Assembly (NCBI GenBank): GCA_049516255.1
Contig: JBEKTH010000008.1
Coordinates: 16,449 to 80,448, forward strand
Direction of reading: 5' to 3'
Length of the DNA: 64,000 bases
Source: Verrucomicrobiota bacterium
Lineage (GTDB): Bacteria > Verrucomicrobiota > Verrucomicrobiia > Limisphaerales > UBA11358
Numbering within the stretch: the stretch's first letter is position 1; every line of letters starts with the position of its first letter. Positions 44,700 through 53,955 of the stretch are shown piece after piece. A model generated the notes under the pieces. It was not told the origin of the DNA. It did no database searches and worked only from the letters and a program-made list of their open reading frames with translations. Position numbers and translations under genes: made by a program.

Positions 44700-46134
44700 C
44701 GGCCTGCATCCGCCAGGCAGACGCCAATTCAGTGAAACGGCAAGGTTCGCACAGGGCGTTGGCGCGCCCGCAAAAATCCCGCGCAATTTGCATCAAACCC
44801 TGTTGGACCGCGGCGCTTCGGCACAAATGATTTCGCCCGGGTCCCAGCAAACGCTGACGCGCCAGTCGCAGAACCGAATTTTCCTGGGCGGGTGGCCACG
44901 CGAAATAACGCCTTTCCAGGACGCGCTGGAGCTTCTGGTTTTTGCCCTCAACGACCCGGGTCCAAAGCCAGGGCAAGACCGCGTTGACCGCCAGATCCGT
45001 CACCCGCGCACCGCCCAGCAACGGCAGGGTTTTCGAGGACCGGGCCGAGCGAAGCGTCCAATGCCCGGACCAAAATTCGTCGCGGCGCACTTCCAGGATT
45101 TGGCGCAACGAATCCAGCAATCTGGCATCCGGCAGGTCCGTGGCACACCAGCGTTCCAGTTGTTGGATGGTGTCGCCGGCCGCCAGCCAGTGCGCCGCCA
45201 GCGCCAACCGGCGTTGAGGATGATTCGCCGGGCGCAGGCCGTGAAATTTCCACGCCGCCCGCGGCAAAATGCAATCATGGAATTCATCGCGCTCGCGCCA
45301 CCAGCGATCCCAGATCCGCCGCAAATAGCCATCTTGAGCGGGTTGCGCCCGGGACAACTCCAGCGGCAGCAAACCGCTGACACCCAGCAACCGCGCCTGC
45401 CAGTCAAAAACCGAGTCCGCGCCGCAGGCCCAACGCGGGTGTAATTCAGCCAGATTTTGCATCGGCCACGCATTGTGTTTGTAACCCAGCGCCCGAAACA
45501 AGCCCTCCCACAGGGACCGTTCCCAACCCACGTGTCGGGCGCGGGTGCGAAAGTGGGCGGTTTTGTTTTGAAAGCGTACGCTCGCAACCTCGCGCAGCAG
45601 GCCGGCCAGTTGGGTATCATCCAGACCGCTCAAAGCCGTGCAACATTTGCCGCGCAGATTCCGGGGAAACGAACCCGGCGATTCGCTTTCGAGCCACAAA
45701 CCGAGTTCACTTAATGGGGCATCCAGCACGCGGCTCAACGATAACAGCGGCAGCGCCCGGGCCACCGGCCGCGCGTCGTCCCAAACAACGTGGAGCAGGA
45801 CATTTTGGAAATTCGGGTTCCGGTCGTGGCCATGCGCGTGCCAGCCCGAGGCGCGCAGGTCGATTTCCACGTCGCCGGACCGCGGCGGGTCATCGCCGAT
45901 TTGAATCACCGCGCCATAAAAATCCGGGCCGCCTTCAGTGCTGGCGAAGCCGGGGTGAAAAACCCGGACATTTTTCCCATCCGCCGTCCTGAGTTGATCG
46001 CGCTTCAGGCGTTGGTGCAGCCAGACGGCCTGAAGCAGGCGTTCGGTCGGGAGGTCGTTTTCGTCGTGCAGGAGGTTCGTCGGCCCCAACCGTGCTCGCC
46101 AGCAGGTGTAGAAGTTCTCGGAAGGCGGAGACAT
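44662..46134 (-). CDS. DUF2851-family protein
   Basis: LLQAVWLHQRL...VFHPGFASTEGGPDFYGAVIQIGD...GDVEIDLRASGWHAHGHD matches the family. Start placed at MSPPSENFY (46134), because the longer ORF would overlap the divergent ABC gene. Confidence 0.75.
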   Translation of the reverse strand: MSPPSENFYTCWRARLGPTNLLHDENDLPTERLLQAVWLHQRLKRDQLRTADGKNVRVFHPGFASTEGGPDFYGAVIQIGDDPPRSGDVEIDLRASGWHAHGHDRNPNFQNVLLHVVWDDARPVARALPLLSLSRVLDAPLSELGLWLESESPGSFPRNLRGKCCTALSGLDDTQLAGLLREVASVRFQNKTAHFRTRARHVGWERSLWEGLFRALGYKHNAWPMQNLAELHPRWACGADSVFDWQARLLGVSGLLPLELSRAQPAQDGYLRRIWDRWWRERDEFHDCILPRAAWKFHGLRPANHPQRRLALAAHWLAAGDTIQQLERWCATDLPDARLLDSLRQILEVRRDEFWSGHWTLRSARSSKTLPLLGGARVTDLAVNAVLPWLWTRVVEGKNQKLQRVLERRYFAWPPAQENSVLRLARQRLLGPGRNHLCRSAAVQQGLMQIARDFCGRANALCEPCRFTELASAWRMQAATQPPPLRTGCS

Positions 46135-46302
46135 CTTGAAATTGCTATTGCGCCGGTGATGGCGCAAAGTCAAGTCGGCACACAATAAAAATTTGAACGC
46201 ATCGGAGGGCCGGCTTGCCTGTTTATAGGAACAGGCGCTGCCAGGCGATGAGTTTTTGTTGGCCGAAACCCTGTTTTTCCAGTTATACTTCACGAAGTTG
46301 CG

Positions 46303-47268
46303 ATGAACGAAAATGCCATGATTGAAGTCACCAATCTGTCGAAGCGTTACGCGGGCCGCACCGCCGTGGCGGGCATTTCGTTCACGGTTGCCCGGGGGGA
46401 GATTGTCGGCCTGCTCGGCCCGAATGGCGCGGGAAAAAGCACCACCATGCGGATTCTGGCGTGTTACCTGCCGGCCACCTCGGGCACGGTGCGCGTCGGG
46501 GGTTTTGACGTTTTCCACCAATCGGCCGAGGTGCGCCGCCGGATCGGCTACATGCCGGAAAACAACCCGCTTTATCTCGAAATGCGCGTACGGGAATACT
46601 TGAAATTCCGCGCGCGGTTGAAAGGGCTGAGGTGGCGGCGGTCGCGCGAGCGGGTAAATACCGTGATGGAACAATGCGGATTAACGGACGTGAGCCGCCG
46701 CATCATCGGACAGCTCTCAAAAGGTTACCGGCAGCGCGTGGGCATGGCCGACGCGCTGGTGCACGACCCGGAACTGATCATTCTCGACGAGCCGACCATC
46801 GGCCTCGACCCACATCAGATTCGCACGGTCCGGCAGCTCATCAAAGGCCTCGCGCCGCTCCACACCGTCCTCATCTCGACGCATATCCTTCCGGAAGCGG
46901 AAATGATGTGCAACCGGATGCTCATCATGTACGACGGCAAAATCCTGGCCGCCGACACGCCGGAAAACCTGCAACGGCTCGTGGCGGGAAAGAATCAAAT
47001 CATTGTGGAACTGGCCGCGCCCGCCGCCGCGTTGCGCGATTGCTGGTCGCAATTGCCTGAAATTGAGCATTTTGACGTGTCCGCCAGCGAAGGTGAATAC
47101 CAGCGGTGCGCGCTGACGCCGCGGGATGGTTTGGATTTGCGACCGGTCATTTTTGCCCTGGCCCTGCAAAATGGCTGGGTCTTGCGCGAGTTGACGCGCA
47201 ACCGCCATTCGTTGGAGGACATCTACGTCCAGGTCACGCAACCCGGCGAAGAAGAAGAAAACAACTGA
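46303..47268 (+). CDS. ABC transporter ATP-binding protein (GldA-like, ABC-2 type)
   Basis: Walker A GPNGAGKST, signature LSKGYRQRV, Walker B LIILDEPT. Confidence 0.88.
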   Translation: MNENAMIEVTNLSKRYAGRTAVAGISFTVARGEIVGLLGPNGAGKSTTMRILACYLPATSGTVRVGGFDVFHQSAEVRRRIGYMPENNPLYLEMRVREYLKFRARLKGLRWRRSRERVNTVMEQCGLTDVSRRIIGQLSKGYRQRVGMADALVHDPELIILDEPTIGLDPHQIRTVRQLIKGLAPLHTVLISTHILPEAEMMCNRMLIMYDGKILAADTPENLQRLVAGKNQIIVELAAPAAALRDCWSQLPEIEHFDVSASEGEYQRCALTPRDGLDLRPVIFALALQNGWVLRELTRNRHSLEDIYVQVTQPGEEEENN

Positions 47269-48029
47269 TGCGAATCTTTCTGACGCTCACCCGACGGGAA
47301 TTGGCGGCATTTTTCGTTTCCGTCACCGGTTATGTCATCATCTCGGCGGTGACGCTTTTGATCGGCTCCAGTTTCATCATGTTTATCAAAAACATGGGCT
47401 CCGAACCATTTTTGATGCCGGTGACGGAATTATTTTTCAACAGCCAACTGTTCTGGATCATCGTCATCCTGGTCGCGCCGGTAATCACCATGCGGCTGTT
47501 CGCGTTGGAAAAAGCCTCCGGCACATTTGAAAACCTGATGACGACGTCCGTAAGTGATTTGCAGGTGGTGATGGCGAAATTTACCGCGGCATTGATTTTT
47601 TACATGGTCATGTGGCTGCCGACGCTTGTCTGCCTTGTTATTGTCGCGCATTACACAAACCAGGCCGGCGCCCTGGACAAAGGCATGGAGGGCGGGATGT
47701 TTTTGGGCATTTTCCTGAGCGGTTGCCTGTTCCTTTCCATCGGGTGTCTCACGTCTTCGCTGTCACGGAGCCAGGTGGCAGCGGCGATGATGAGCCTGGC
47801 CGTCGGCGTAATTTTACTGATTGTGGCTTATCTGGCGTATGCCCAGGTGATTCCTGCGACTGGCCGATGGCAGGTGGAATCAGGGTTGTATTATTTCAAT
47901 TTGTTCAAACAGATGGAGGATTTCACCCTGGGCGTGGTGGATACGCGCACGGTGATTTTTTACGTAAGCCTCACGCTGTTTTTCCTGTTTTTGACGCTGC
48001 GCGTGGTGGAAAGCCGGCGCTGGAGATAA
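47268..48029 (+). CDS. ABC-2 type permease (GldF-like)
   Basis: Six predicted TM helices. TGATG overlap with the ATPase gene. Confidence 0.75.
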   Translation: MRIFLTLTRRELAAFFVSVTGYVIISAVTLLIGSSFIMFIKNMGSEPFLMPVTELFFNSQLFWIIVILVAPVITMRLFALEKASGTFENLMTTSVSDLQVVMAKFTAALIFYMVMWLPTLVCLVIVAHYTNQAGALDKGMEGGMFLGIFLSGCLFLSIGCLTSSLSRSQVAAAMMSLAVGVILLIVAYLAYAQVIPATGRWQVESGLYYFNLFKQMEDFTLGVVDTRTVIFYVSLTLFFLFLTLRVVESRRWR

Positions 48030-48030
48030 G

Positions 48031-49500
48031 ATGGCCGCCAACTCCAAACCCCCATTGAGTTTCTCGCCCGCCCGCCGGTGGCAAATCGGCTTCGATGTAG
48101 TGGTGCGAACGGCGTTGGTGCTGGCCGTGGCGGTTATGGCCAATTATCTCGGCGGCCTTTTCCCCCAGCGGTTTTATCTCAGTTCGCAGACGCGCATTAA
48201 TATTTCCCCCCGGACGGTGGATGTCCTCCGGTCCATGACGAATCACGTCGCGGTAACCCTGTATTACGACACCCAGGATGATTTTTACCCGACCATCGTT
48301 GCCTTGTTAAATGAATATCAAGCGGTCAATCCGAACTTTTCCATTCGGACCGTGGATTACGTGCGGGACGCGGGGGCGGCGGAAAAAACCAAGACACAAT
48401 ACCAACTCAATTCGCCGACCGCCAAAAATCTCATCATTTTTGATTGCGATGGGCGGACCAAAATCGCCAATGGCGATGCGCTGACGAAGTACACGCTGGA
48501 ACAGCTTCCGGACGAAAAAGAACGGGAATTCCGCCGCAAGCCGGTGGCGTTTAACGGCGAAGTCATGTTTACCTCGATGCTGCTGGCCGTCATCAACCCC
48601 AAACCATTCAAGGCCTATTTCCTGCAAGGCGACGGTGAACCATCCCTTACCGATAGCGGCGAGGCTGGCTACCTGAAATTCGGCGCTGTTCTGGAGCAAA
48701 ATTACATCCAAGTGGAACCGCTGACCATGGCGGGGGACAGCCCCGTGCCGGCGGATTGCAACCTGCTCATTACTGCCGGGCCCAGGACCCTGTTTCCCGA
48801 TCCGGAACTGCAAAAAATTGAAAAATATCTTTCGGCCGGCGGACGACTGTTTTTGCTGCTGGATTATTCATCCATCCAACACCCCACGGGTCTGGAAGAT
48901 ATTCTCCGGCAATGGGACGTGAACATAGGCGCTGATGTGGTCCAGGATACCAAGAACACGATTAACGGCCAAGACGTGCTGGTTTATAATTTCAGCCAGC
49001 ATCCCGTCGTCGATCCCTTGACGGGACTGGGACTGGAACTCATCTTACCGCGCCCCATCGGCCGCATCAACCAGCAAAGTCCCCCCGCCGACGCACCCCA
49101 AGTGGATGAGTTGGCTGCTTCCAGCCCCAATTCCGTGCTCATGAACGAACACGGCCTGCCACCACGCAGCTATCCGCTGATGGTAGCCGTCGAACAGAAA
49201 GGGGTCCAAGGCGTGGCCGCCGCCAGTGGCGGCACTCGGATGGTGGTGGTGGGCGATTCCTTGTTTCTCAACAACCAACTTATTAACAACGGCGCCAACC
49301 GCGATTTTGTCGGTTACGCGGTCAATTGGCTGCTGGACCGGCCCACGTTGTTGAAAGGCATCGGCCCGCGCCCGGTTGTCGAATTCCGACTCATCATGAC
49401 GCGGGAGCAACAACGCAATGTGCGCTGGTTGTTGCTGGGGGCATTGCCCGGCGGCGTGCTGGCACTGGGCGGACTGGTCTGGTTGCGGCGGAGAAAATAA
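48031..49500 (+). CDS. GldG-like ABC transporter auxiliary component
   Basis: N- and C-terminal TM anchors flank a large periplasmic domain. Gene order and size match GldG-family proteins. Confidence 0.7.
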   Translation: MAANSKPPLSFSPARRWQIGFDVVVRTALVLAVAVMANYLGGLFPQRFYLSSQTRINISPRTVDVLRSMTNHVAVTLYYDTQDDFYPTIVALLNEYQAVNPNFSIRTVDYVRDAGAAEKTKTQYQLNSPTAKNLIIFDCDGRTKIANGDALTKYTLEQLPDEKEREFRRKPVAFNGEVMFTSMLLAVINPKPFKAYFLQGDGEPSLTDSGEAGYLKFGAVLEQNYIQVEPLTMAGDSPVPADCNLLITAGPRTLFPDPELQKIEKYLSAGGRLFLLLDYSSIQHPTGLEDILRQWDVNIGADVVQDTKNTINGQDVLVYNFSQHPVVDPLTGLGLELILPRPIGRINQQSPPADAPQVDELAASSPNSVLMNEHGLPPRSYPLMVAVEQKGVQGVAAASGGTRMVVVGDSLFLNNQLINNGANRDFVGYAVNWLLDRPTLLKGIGPRPVVEFRLIMTREQQRNVRWLLLGALPGGVLALGGLVWLRRRK

Positions 49501-51284
49501 TGAACTCAAAAAATACCCTGATCTGGCTGGTCGTGGCCGCGGTGTTGTTTGGATTCATTTTCGTTTTTGAACATTTTTTCCGGCCGGCACCGGCCGAACC
49601 GTCGGCCATCCTGACGGACCTGCAACCCTCAACCGTCACCAGCGTCCAGGTAATTCCCGCCAATACGCTCGAAATCCGCGCCGATCGCACCAATGACACG
49701 TGGCTCCTGACCAAGCCAATCATGTATCCCGCGCAGCCCGCAGCGATCGAGGCCCTGCTGGCGGCGTTGCGGAAGCTCACGCCCGCCATCCGCATCAGCG
49801 CCGGCGAGCTTCGCGAACAACAAAGCGCCGAGTCGGATTACGGCTTTGACACACCACAAGTTTCACTGGTGATTGAAGCCGGCGACCAGCGCTGGCAGTT
49901 GAAGGTGGGCAACAAAACCGCCCCGGGCGATCAGGTTTTCCTCCGCATCGTCGGGACCGACGGCGCGTATGTGACTGACGCCGACTGGCTCAAGTATCTT
50001 CCACGCTCGGTCGACGATTGGCGCGCCACGGCGCTGGTGGATTTTGGCGACAGCGCCCCCGACTCGATTATTCTGACCAACGGCACAAAAGTCATCCAAC
50101 TTCAACGCAATGCCACCAATCACCTCTGGCAAATGACCCGTCCGCTGGTGGCGCGCGCCGACAGCAGCCGGATCACCGAGGCACTCCAGCGTCTGCAAAC
50201 CGCGCAGGTGTCACAATTCGTGACCGACAATCCCAGGGCGGACCTGACCGCGTTTGATCTGCAACCTGCCGAACTGGATTTGTGGATCGGTCACGGGACG
50301 AATTTCATGGCGGCCCTCCATGCCAGCAAAAGCGCGACCAATGATTCAGCGCTGGTCTATGCCCGGCGCGAGGGCTGGAGCACCGTCACGACCACCGCCA
50401 AAGACCCGCTGTCGCCGTGGCTCGGCACCGTGAATGACTTTCGCGATCCGTTTTTGCTTGAGTTGTCTGCTCCCGTCGCCGAAATCGAAGTGCGGGGCAC
50501 GAACCATTTCACCCTGCAACGGCAGGACACCAACGGCTGGCGTTTGGTCGGGGAAAAATTCCCGGTGGACGCCGGAAGCGTGCAACAGTTCATCCGACTC
50601 CTGGCCAGCCTGCGGGTGACGGAATTCGTCAAGGATGTCGTCACCACTCCGGACCTGCCGGCCTATGGACTGGCCGCGCCCTCATGGCAGATCACCTTGT
50701 TTTCGGCGGTGGATGACACCAACACCGTCATCGCACAACTGCTGTTTGGCACGGTGCAAACCAATGAAGTGTTCGTGCGGCGCGCCGACGAGGATTCGGT
50801 TTATGCCGTATCGCTGGAAGATTTCAATCAACTGCCGGAAGCCGGCTGGGAACTGCGTGAGCGGCAGATCTGGAATTTTTCGGAGGCCGACGTGGCGCGA
50901 ATCACCATTCGCCAGAACGGCCAGACCCGGCAACTCGTTCACAACGGCTTGAACCAATGGTCGCTTGGACCGGGTTCACAGGGCATCATCGTCCCGGCGG
51001 CCATCGAGGAAACGGCGCATCAGTTTGGCGGGCTCGCCGCCGCCGCCTGGCTGGCCCGCAACCCGGCCGACCCCAAAAAATTCGGCCTGAAACCGGGGAA
51101 CCTTTCCATCACCTTCGAGCTTAAAAACGGCGAGCAACACACCGTGGATTTTGGCCTGGCCGGCACGCAAACCGCACTCGCGGCCGTAACCCTGGACGGC
51201 AGCGAGCAGTGGGTCTTTGTATTCCCGCCGGCGCTTTATCAGTTCGTCTTGAGTTATCTCTCCATTCCGGAGAACGTTCCTTGA
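49500..51284 (+). CDS. DUF4340-domain protein
   Basis: N-terminal anchor MNSKNTLIWLVVAAVLFGFIFVF followed by repeated beta-rich modules. Canonical position after a GldG-like gene. TAATG overlap. Confidence 0.65.
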   Translation: MNSKNTLIWLVVAAVLFGFIFVFEHFFRPAPAEPSAILTDLQPSTVTSVQVIPANTLEIRADRTNDTWLLTKPIMYPAQPAAIEALLAALRKLTPAIRISAGELREQQSAESDYGFDTPQVSLVIEAGDQRWQLKVGNKTAPGDQVFLRIVGTDGAYVTDADWLKYLPRSVDDWRATALVDFGDSAPDSIILTNGTKVIQLQRNATNHLWQMTRPLVARADSSRITEALQRLQTAQVSQFVTDNPRADLTAFDLQPAELDLWIGHGTNFMAALHASKSATNDSALVYARREGWSTVTTTAKDPLSPWLGTVNDFRDPFLLELSAPVAEIEVRGTNHFTLQRQDTNGWRLVGEKFPVDAGSVQQFIRLLASLRVTEFVKDVVTTPDLPAYGLAAPSWQITLFSAVDDTNTVIAQLLFGTVQTNEVFVRRADEDSVYAVSLEDFNQLPEAGWELRERQIWNFSEADVARITIRQNGQTRQLVHNGLNQWSLGPGSQGIIVPAAIEETAHQFGGLAAAAWLARNPADPKKFGLKPGNLSITFELKNGEQHTVDFGLAGTQTALAAVTLDGSEQWVFVFPPALYQFVLSYLSIPENVP

Positions 51285-51285
51285 T

Positions 51286-53937
51286 ATGCGCAATCAAACT
51301 GGCTTCTGGCGGAAGTGCCGGACGCTGTTCCGCCAGCTGCGCCGCCTGGTCATTTTCATAATGCTCGTCCTGATCTGTGCCGTGGGCTGGCTCAATCAGG
51401 TCGGCATACCCGATTTTCTCAAGCGACCGTTGGTGGAAACCCTCCGCAACCGTGGAATCGAATTGGAATCTGCCCGCTTGCGGCTGAGTCTCCGGCACGG
51501 TTTGGTCGCCAACCATGTCCGCATCGGCCGGGTGCAGGAGACCAACAGCCCAACGCTCTCACTTCAGCAGGTTCAATTACGGTTGGACTACCACGCCCTG
51601 CTGCGCCGGCAATGGCAGATCAAGGGATTGGTTTTACGCCAGGGCACATTGGTCTGGCCGCTGTCGCCGACCAACGCGCTGACCCTGGACCATATTCAGA
51701 CGGACTTGCGGTTTGAAGCCAACGATACCTGGTCGCTGGATCACTTCCAGGCCGGCTTTGAGGGCGCAACCTTCATGCTGTCCGGCGACGTCGCCCACGC
51801 CTCGGCCCTGCGACAGTGGCATATTTTCCAGGAAACCACCAACGCGACCGCGTGGCAGGTCCACTGGCAACGAATCGCCGACATGCTGCGTGAAATCCGT
51901 TTTTCCGGAACGCCCCAACTGAGCCTGGCTGTGAACGGCGACGCACGCGATCCCCGCTCGTTCAGGATTTATTTGACGGCCGCTGTTCCCATCGCCGACA
52001 CCCCCTGGGGTCGGGCACGGACCATTCAATTGAACGCCAAACTGATGGCGTTCAACGGCGCCCCAACCCATTCCGACCCGGCCTGGGACTGGTGGACCAA
52101 TGTGCAACCCTATCGCATCGAATGGACCGCCCAACTGGCAAATTTGGAATCGGAACAACTGAATGCCCGGACCATCAAGTGCGCCGGGTCCTGGCGCGCT
52201 CCGAATCTGGCCGTAACCAATTTGTCCGCCGAATTGGGAGGTGGCCGGCTGGCTGCCGGCCTGCAATTGAATGTGAGCACCCGCGAGTTCACCTTCACCA
52301 ATTCATCCTGTTTCGATCCCGGCGCGATCGCGGCGCTGTTGACGGACAAGACCCAGGATTGGCTGGCGCAATTTACCTGGGGCCCGCCGCCGGCTTTGCA
52401 GGCCGGAGGTTCGCTGATATTGCCGGCGTGGACGAACCGCCAGCCCAACTGGCGCGCCGAGGTGCAACCCACCCTGCGACTCGCCGGTGAATTCGCCGCG
52501 ACCAACGGCATGTTTCGCGGCATAGCCGTTGACTCGGCACACGGAGGGTTTTCCTACTCCAACCTCGTCTGGCGGCTGCCGCACCTGACCGTGACGCGCC
52601 CGGAAGGGAAGTTGCTGCTGGCCGATATCGAGGACGATGCCACCAAAAGTTATCACTGGCAGGTGCAGGGTGTGCTGGCCCCGAACGCTCTCCAGCCTCT
52701 GCTGGCCTCGAACCCGGCTGCCAGACGGGTTCCGAAACTTTTCACTTTCACGCGGCCCCTGTCGTTGCAGGCGGACGTATGGGGACGTTTGTATGACACG
52801 GACAGCCTGGGCGCCACGGGACACCTGGCACTGACGAACTTCACCATCCGCGGCGAATCGGTGGGCAGCGTGGAAAGCACCTTCCGATATACCAACCGGT
52901 TTCTCGAATTTTTTCAGCCGCGGCTGCAAACCGGCATGCAAAAGATGACCGCCGACGGCATCGCCGTGGATTTCAACGCATGGCGCATTTACTTCACCAA
53001 CGGGTTCAGCACCGCTGATCCGCGCGCGGTGGCCCGCGCCATCGGGCCAAAAGTCGGCGAAATCATGGAACCATATCACTTCGGCCTGCCATGCCCGGCG
53101 CAGGTAAGCGGTTATGCGCCATTGCGCGGCACGGACGATGCGGATTTATGGTTTGAAGCGGAGGGGGTGCCACTCGAATGGCTCAAAGTCAACGCTTCGC
53201 GCGTCACCGGAAAAATCCACTGGCTGGGGCAGACGCTGATTTTGACAAACCTGGCAGGGGCGTTTTATGGCGGGGAAGCGGATGGCTTTGCCGGTTTCGA
53301 CTTTCGTCCAAAAGCGGGCGCGGATTTTGAATTTATCGCCAATGTCAGAAATGCAAACGTGCATTTGCTGGCGACGGATTTGTCGTCGCCCACCAATCAC
53401 CTGGAGGGCGTGTTGAGCGGGCGATTTGTGATGACGAGCGCCAACTCGGAAGACTGGCACACCTGGAATGGCTACGGTCAGGCCGACCTGCACGACGGGT
53501 TGCTATGGGATGTCCCCATTTTCGGGATCTTGTCACCGGTGTTAAACACGGTCATGCCTGGTCTGGGCAGCAGCCGCGCGACGGATGCGGCCGCGCAATT
53601 TGGCATGACCAACGGCGTGATCTTTTCGGACGATCTGGAAATCCACTCAACGATGATGCGAATGCAGTATGCCGGCACGGTGGACCTGAAAAGCCGCGTG
53701 AATGCCCGCGTCACCGCCCAATTGCTGCGCGACACCTGGGTGGTTGGCCCGCTCCTGAGCACCGCGTTGTGGCCGGTCAGCAAATTATTTGAGTACAAAA
53801 TCACCGGCACCCTTCAGCAACCGCAGAGCAAGCCGGTTTACATCCCCAAATTCCTACTGACGCCCCTGCATCCCTTCCGCAGCCTGGAGGAGATACTTTC
53901 CAGTGGCGCCGACAACAGCGCGTTGCCCTTAAGGTAA
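51286..53937 (+). CDS. AsmA-like large membrane-anchored protein
   Basis: N-terminal anchor and ~880 aa. The C-terminal block DDLEIHSTMMRMQYAGTVDLKSRVNARVTAQLL...YKITGTLQQPQSKPV resembles the AsmA_2 C-terminal region. Confidence 0.65.
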   Translation: MRNQTGFWRKCRTLFRQLRRLVIFIMLVLICAVGWLNQVGIPDFLKRPLVETLRNRGIELESARLRLSLRHGLVANHVRIGRVQETNSPTLSLQQVQLRLDYHALLRRQWQIKGLVLRQGTLVWPLSPTNALTLDHIQTDLRFEANDTWSLDHFQAGFEGATFMLSGDVAHASALRQWHIFQETTNATAWQVHWQRIADMLREIRFSGTPQLSLAVNGDARDPRSFRIYLTAAVPIADTPWGRARTIQLNAKLMAFNGAPTHSDPAWDWWTNVQPYRIEWTAQLANLESEQLNARTIKCAGSWRAPNLAVTNLSAELGGGRLAAGLQLNVSTREFTFTNSSCFDPGAIAALLTDKTQDWLAQFTWGPPPALQAGGSLILPAWTNRQPNWRAEVQPTLRLAGEFAATNGMFRGIAVDSAHGGFSYSNLVWRLPHLTVTRPEGKLLLADIEDDATKSYHWQVQGVLAPNALQPLLASNPAARRVPKLFTFTRPLSLQADVWGRLYDTDSLGATGHLALTNFTIRGESVGSVESTFRYTNRFLEFFQPRLQTGMQKMTADGIAVDFNAWRIYFTNGFSTADPRAVARAIGPKVGEIMEPYHFGLPCPAQVSGYAPLRGTDDADLWFEAEGVPLEWLKVNASRVTGKIHWLGQTLILTNLAGAFYGGEADGFAGFDFRPKAGADFEFIANVRNANVHLLATDLSSPTNHLEGVLSGRFVMTSANSEDWHTWNGYGQADLHDGLLWDVPIFGILSPVLNTVMPGLGSSRATDAAAQFGMTNGVIFSDDLEIHSTMMRMQYAGTVDLKSRVNARVTAQLLRDTWVVGPLLSTALWPVSKLFEYKITGTLQQPQSKPVYIPKFLLTPLHPFRSLEEILSSGADNSALPLR

Positions 53938-53955
53938 TGGCCAAAGATGGGTGCG

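Noticed and set aside
44662-46674. Full 670-aa extent of the minus-strand ORF containing DUF2851
   Set aside because: The N-terminal 180 codons are shadow-like and would overlap the divergent ABC ATPase gene by about 370 nt. The family-typical sequence begins at the Met at 46134.
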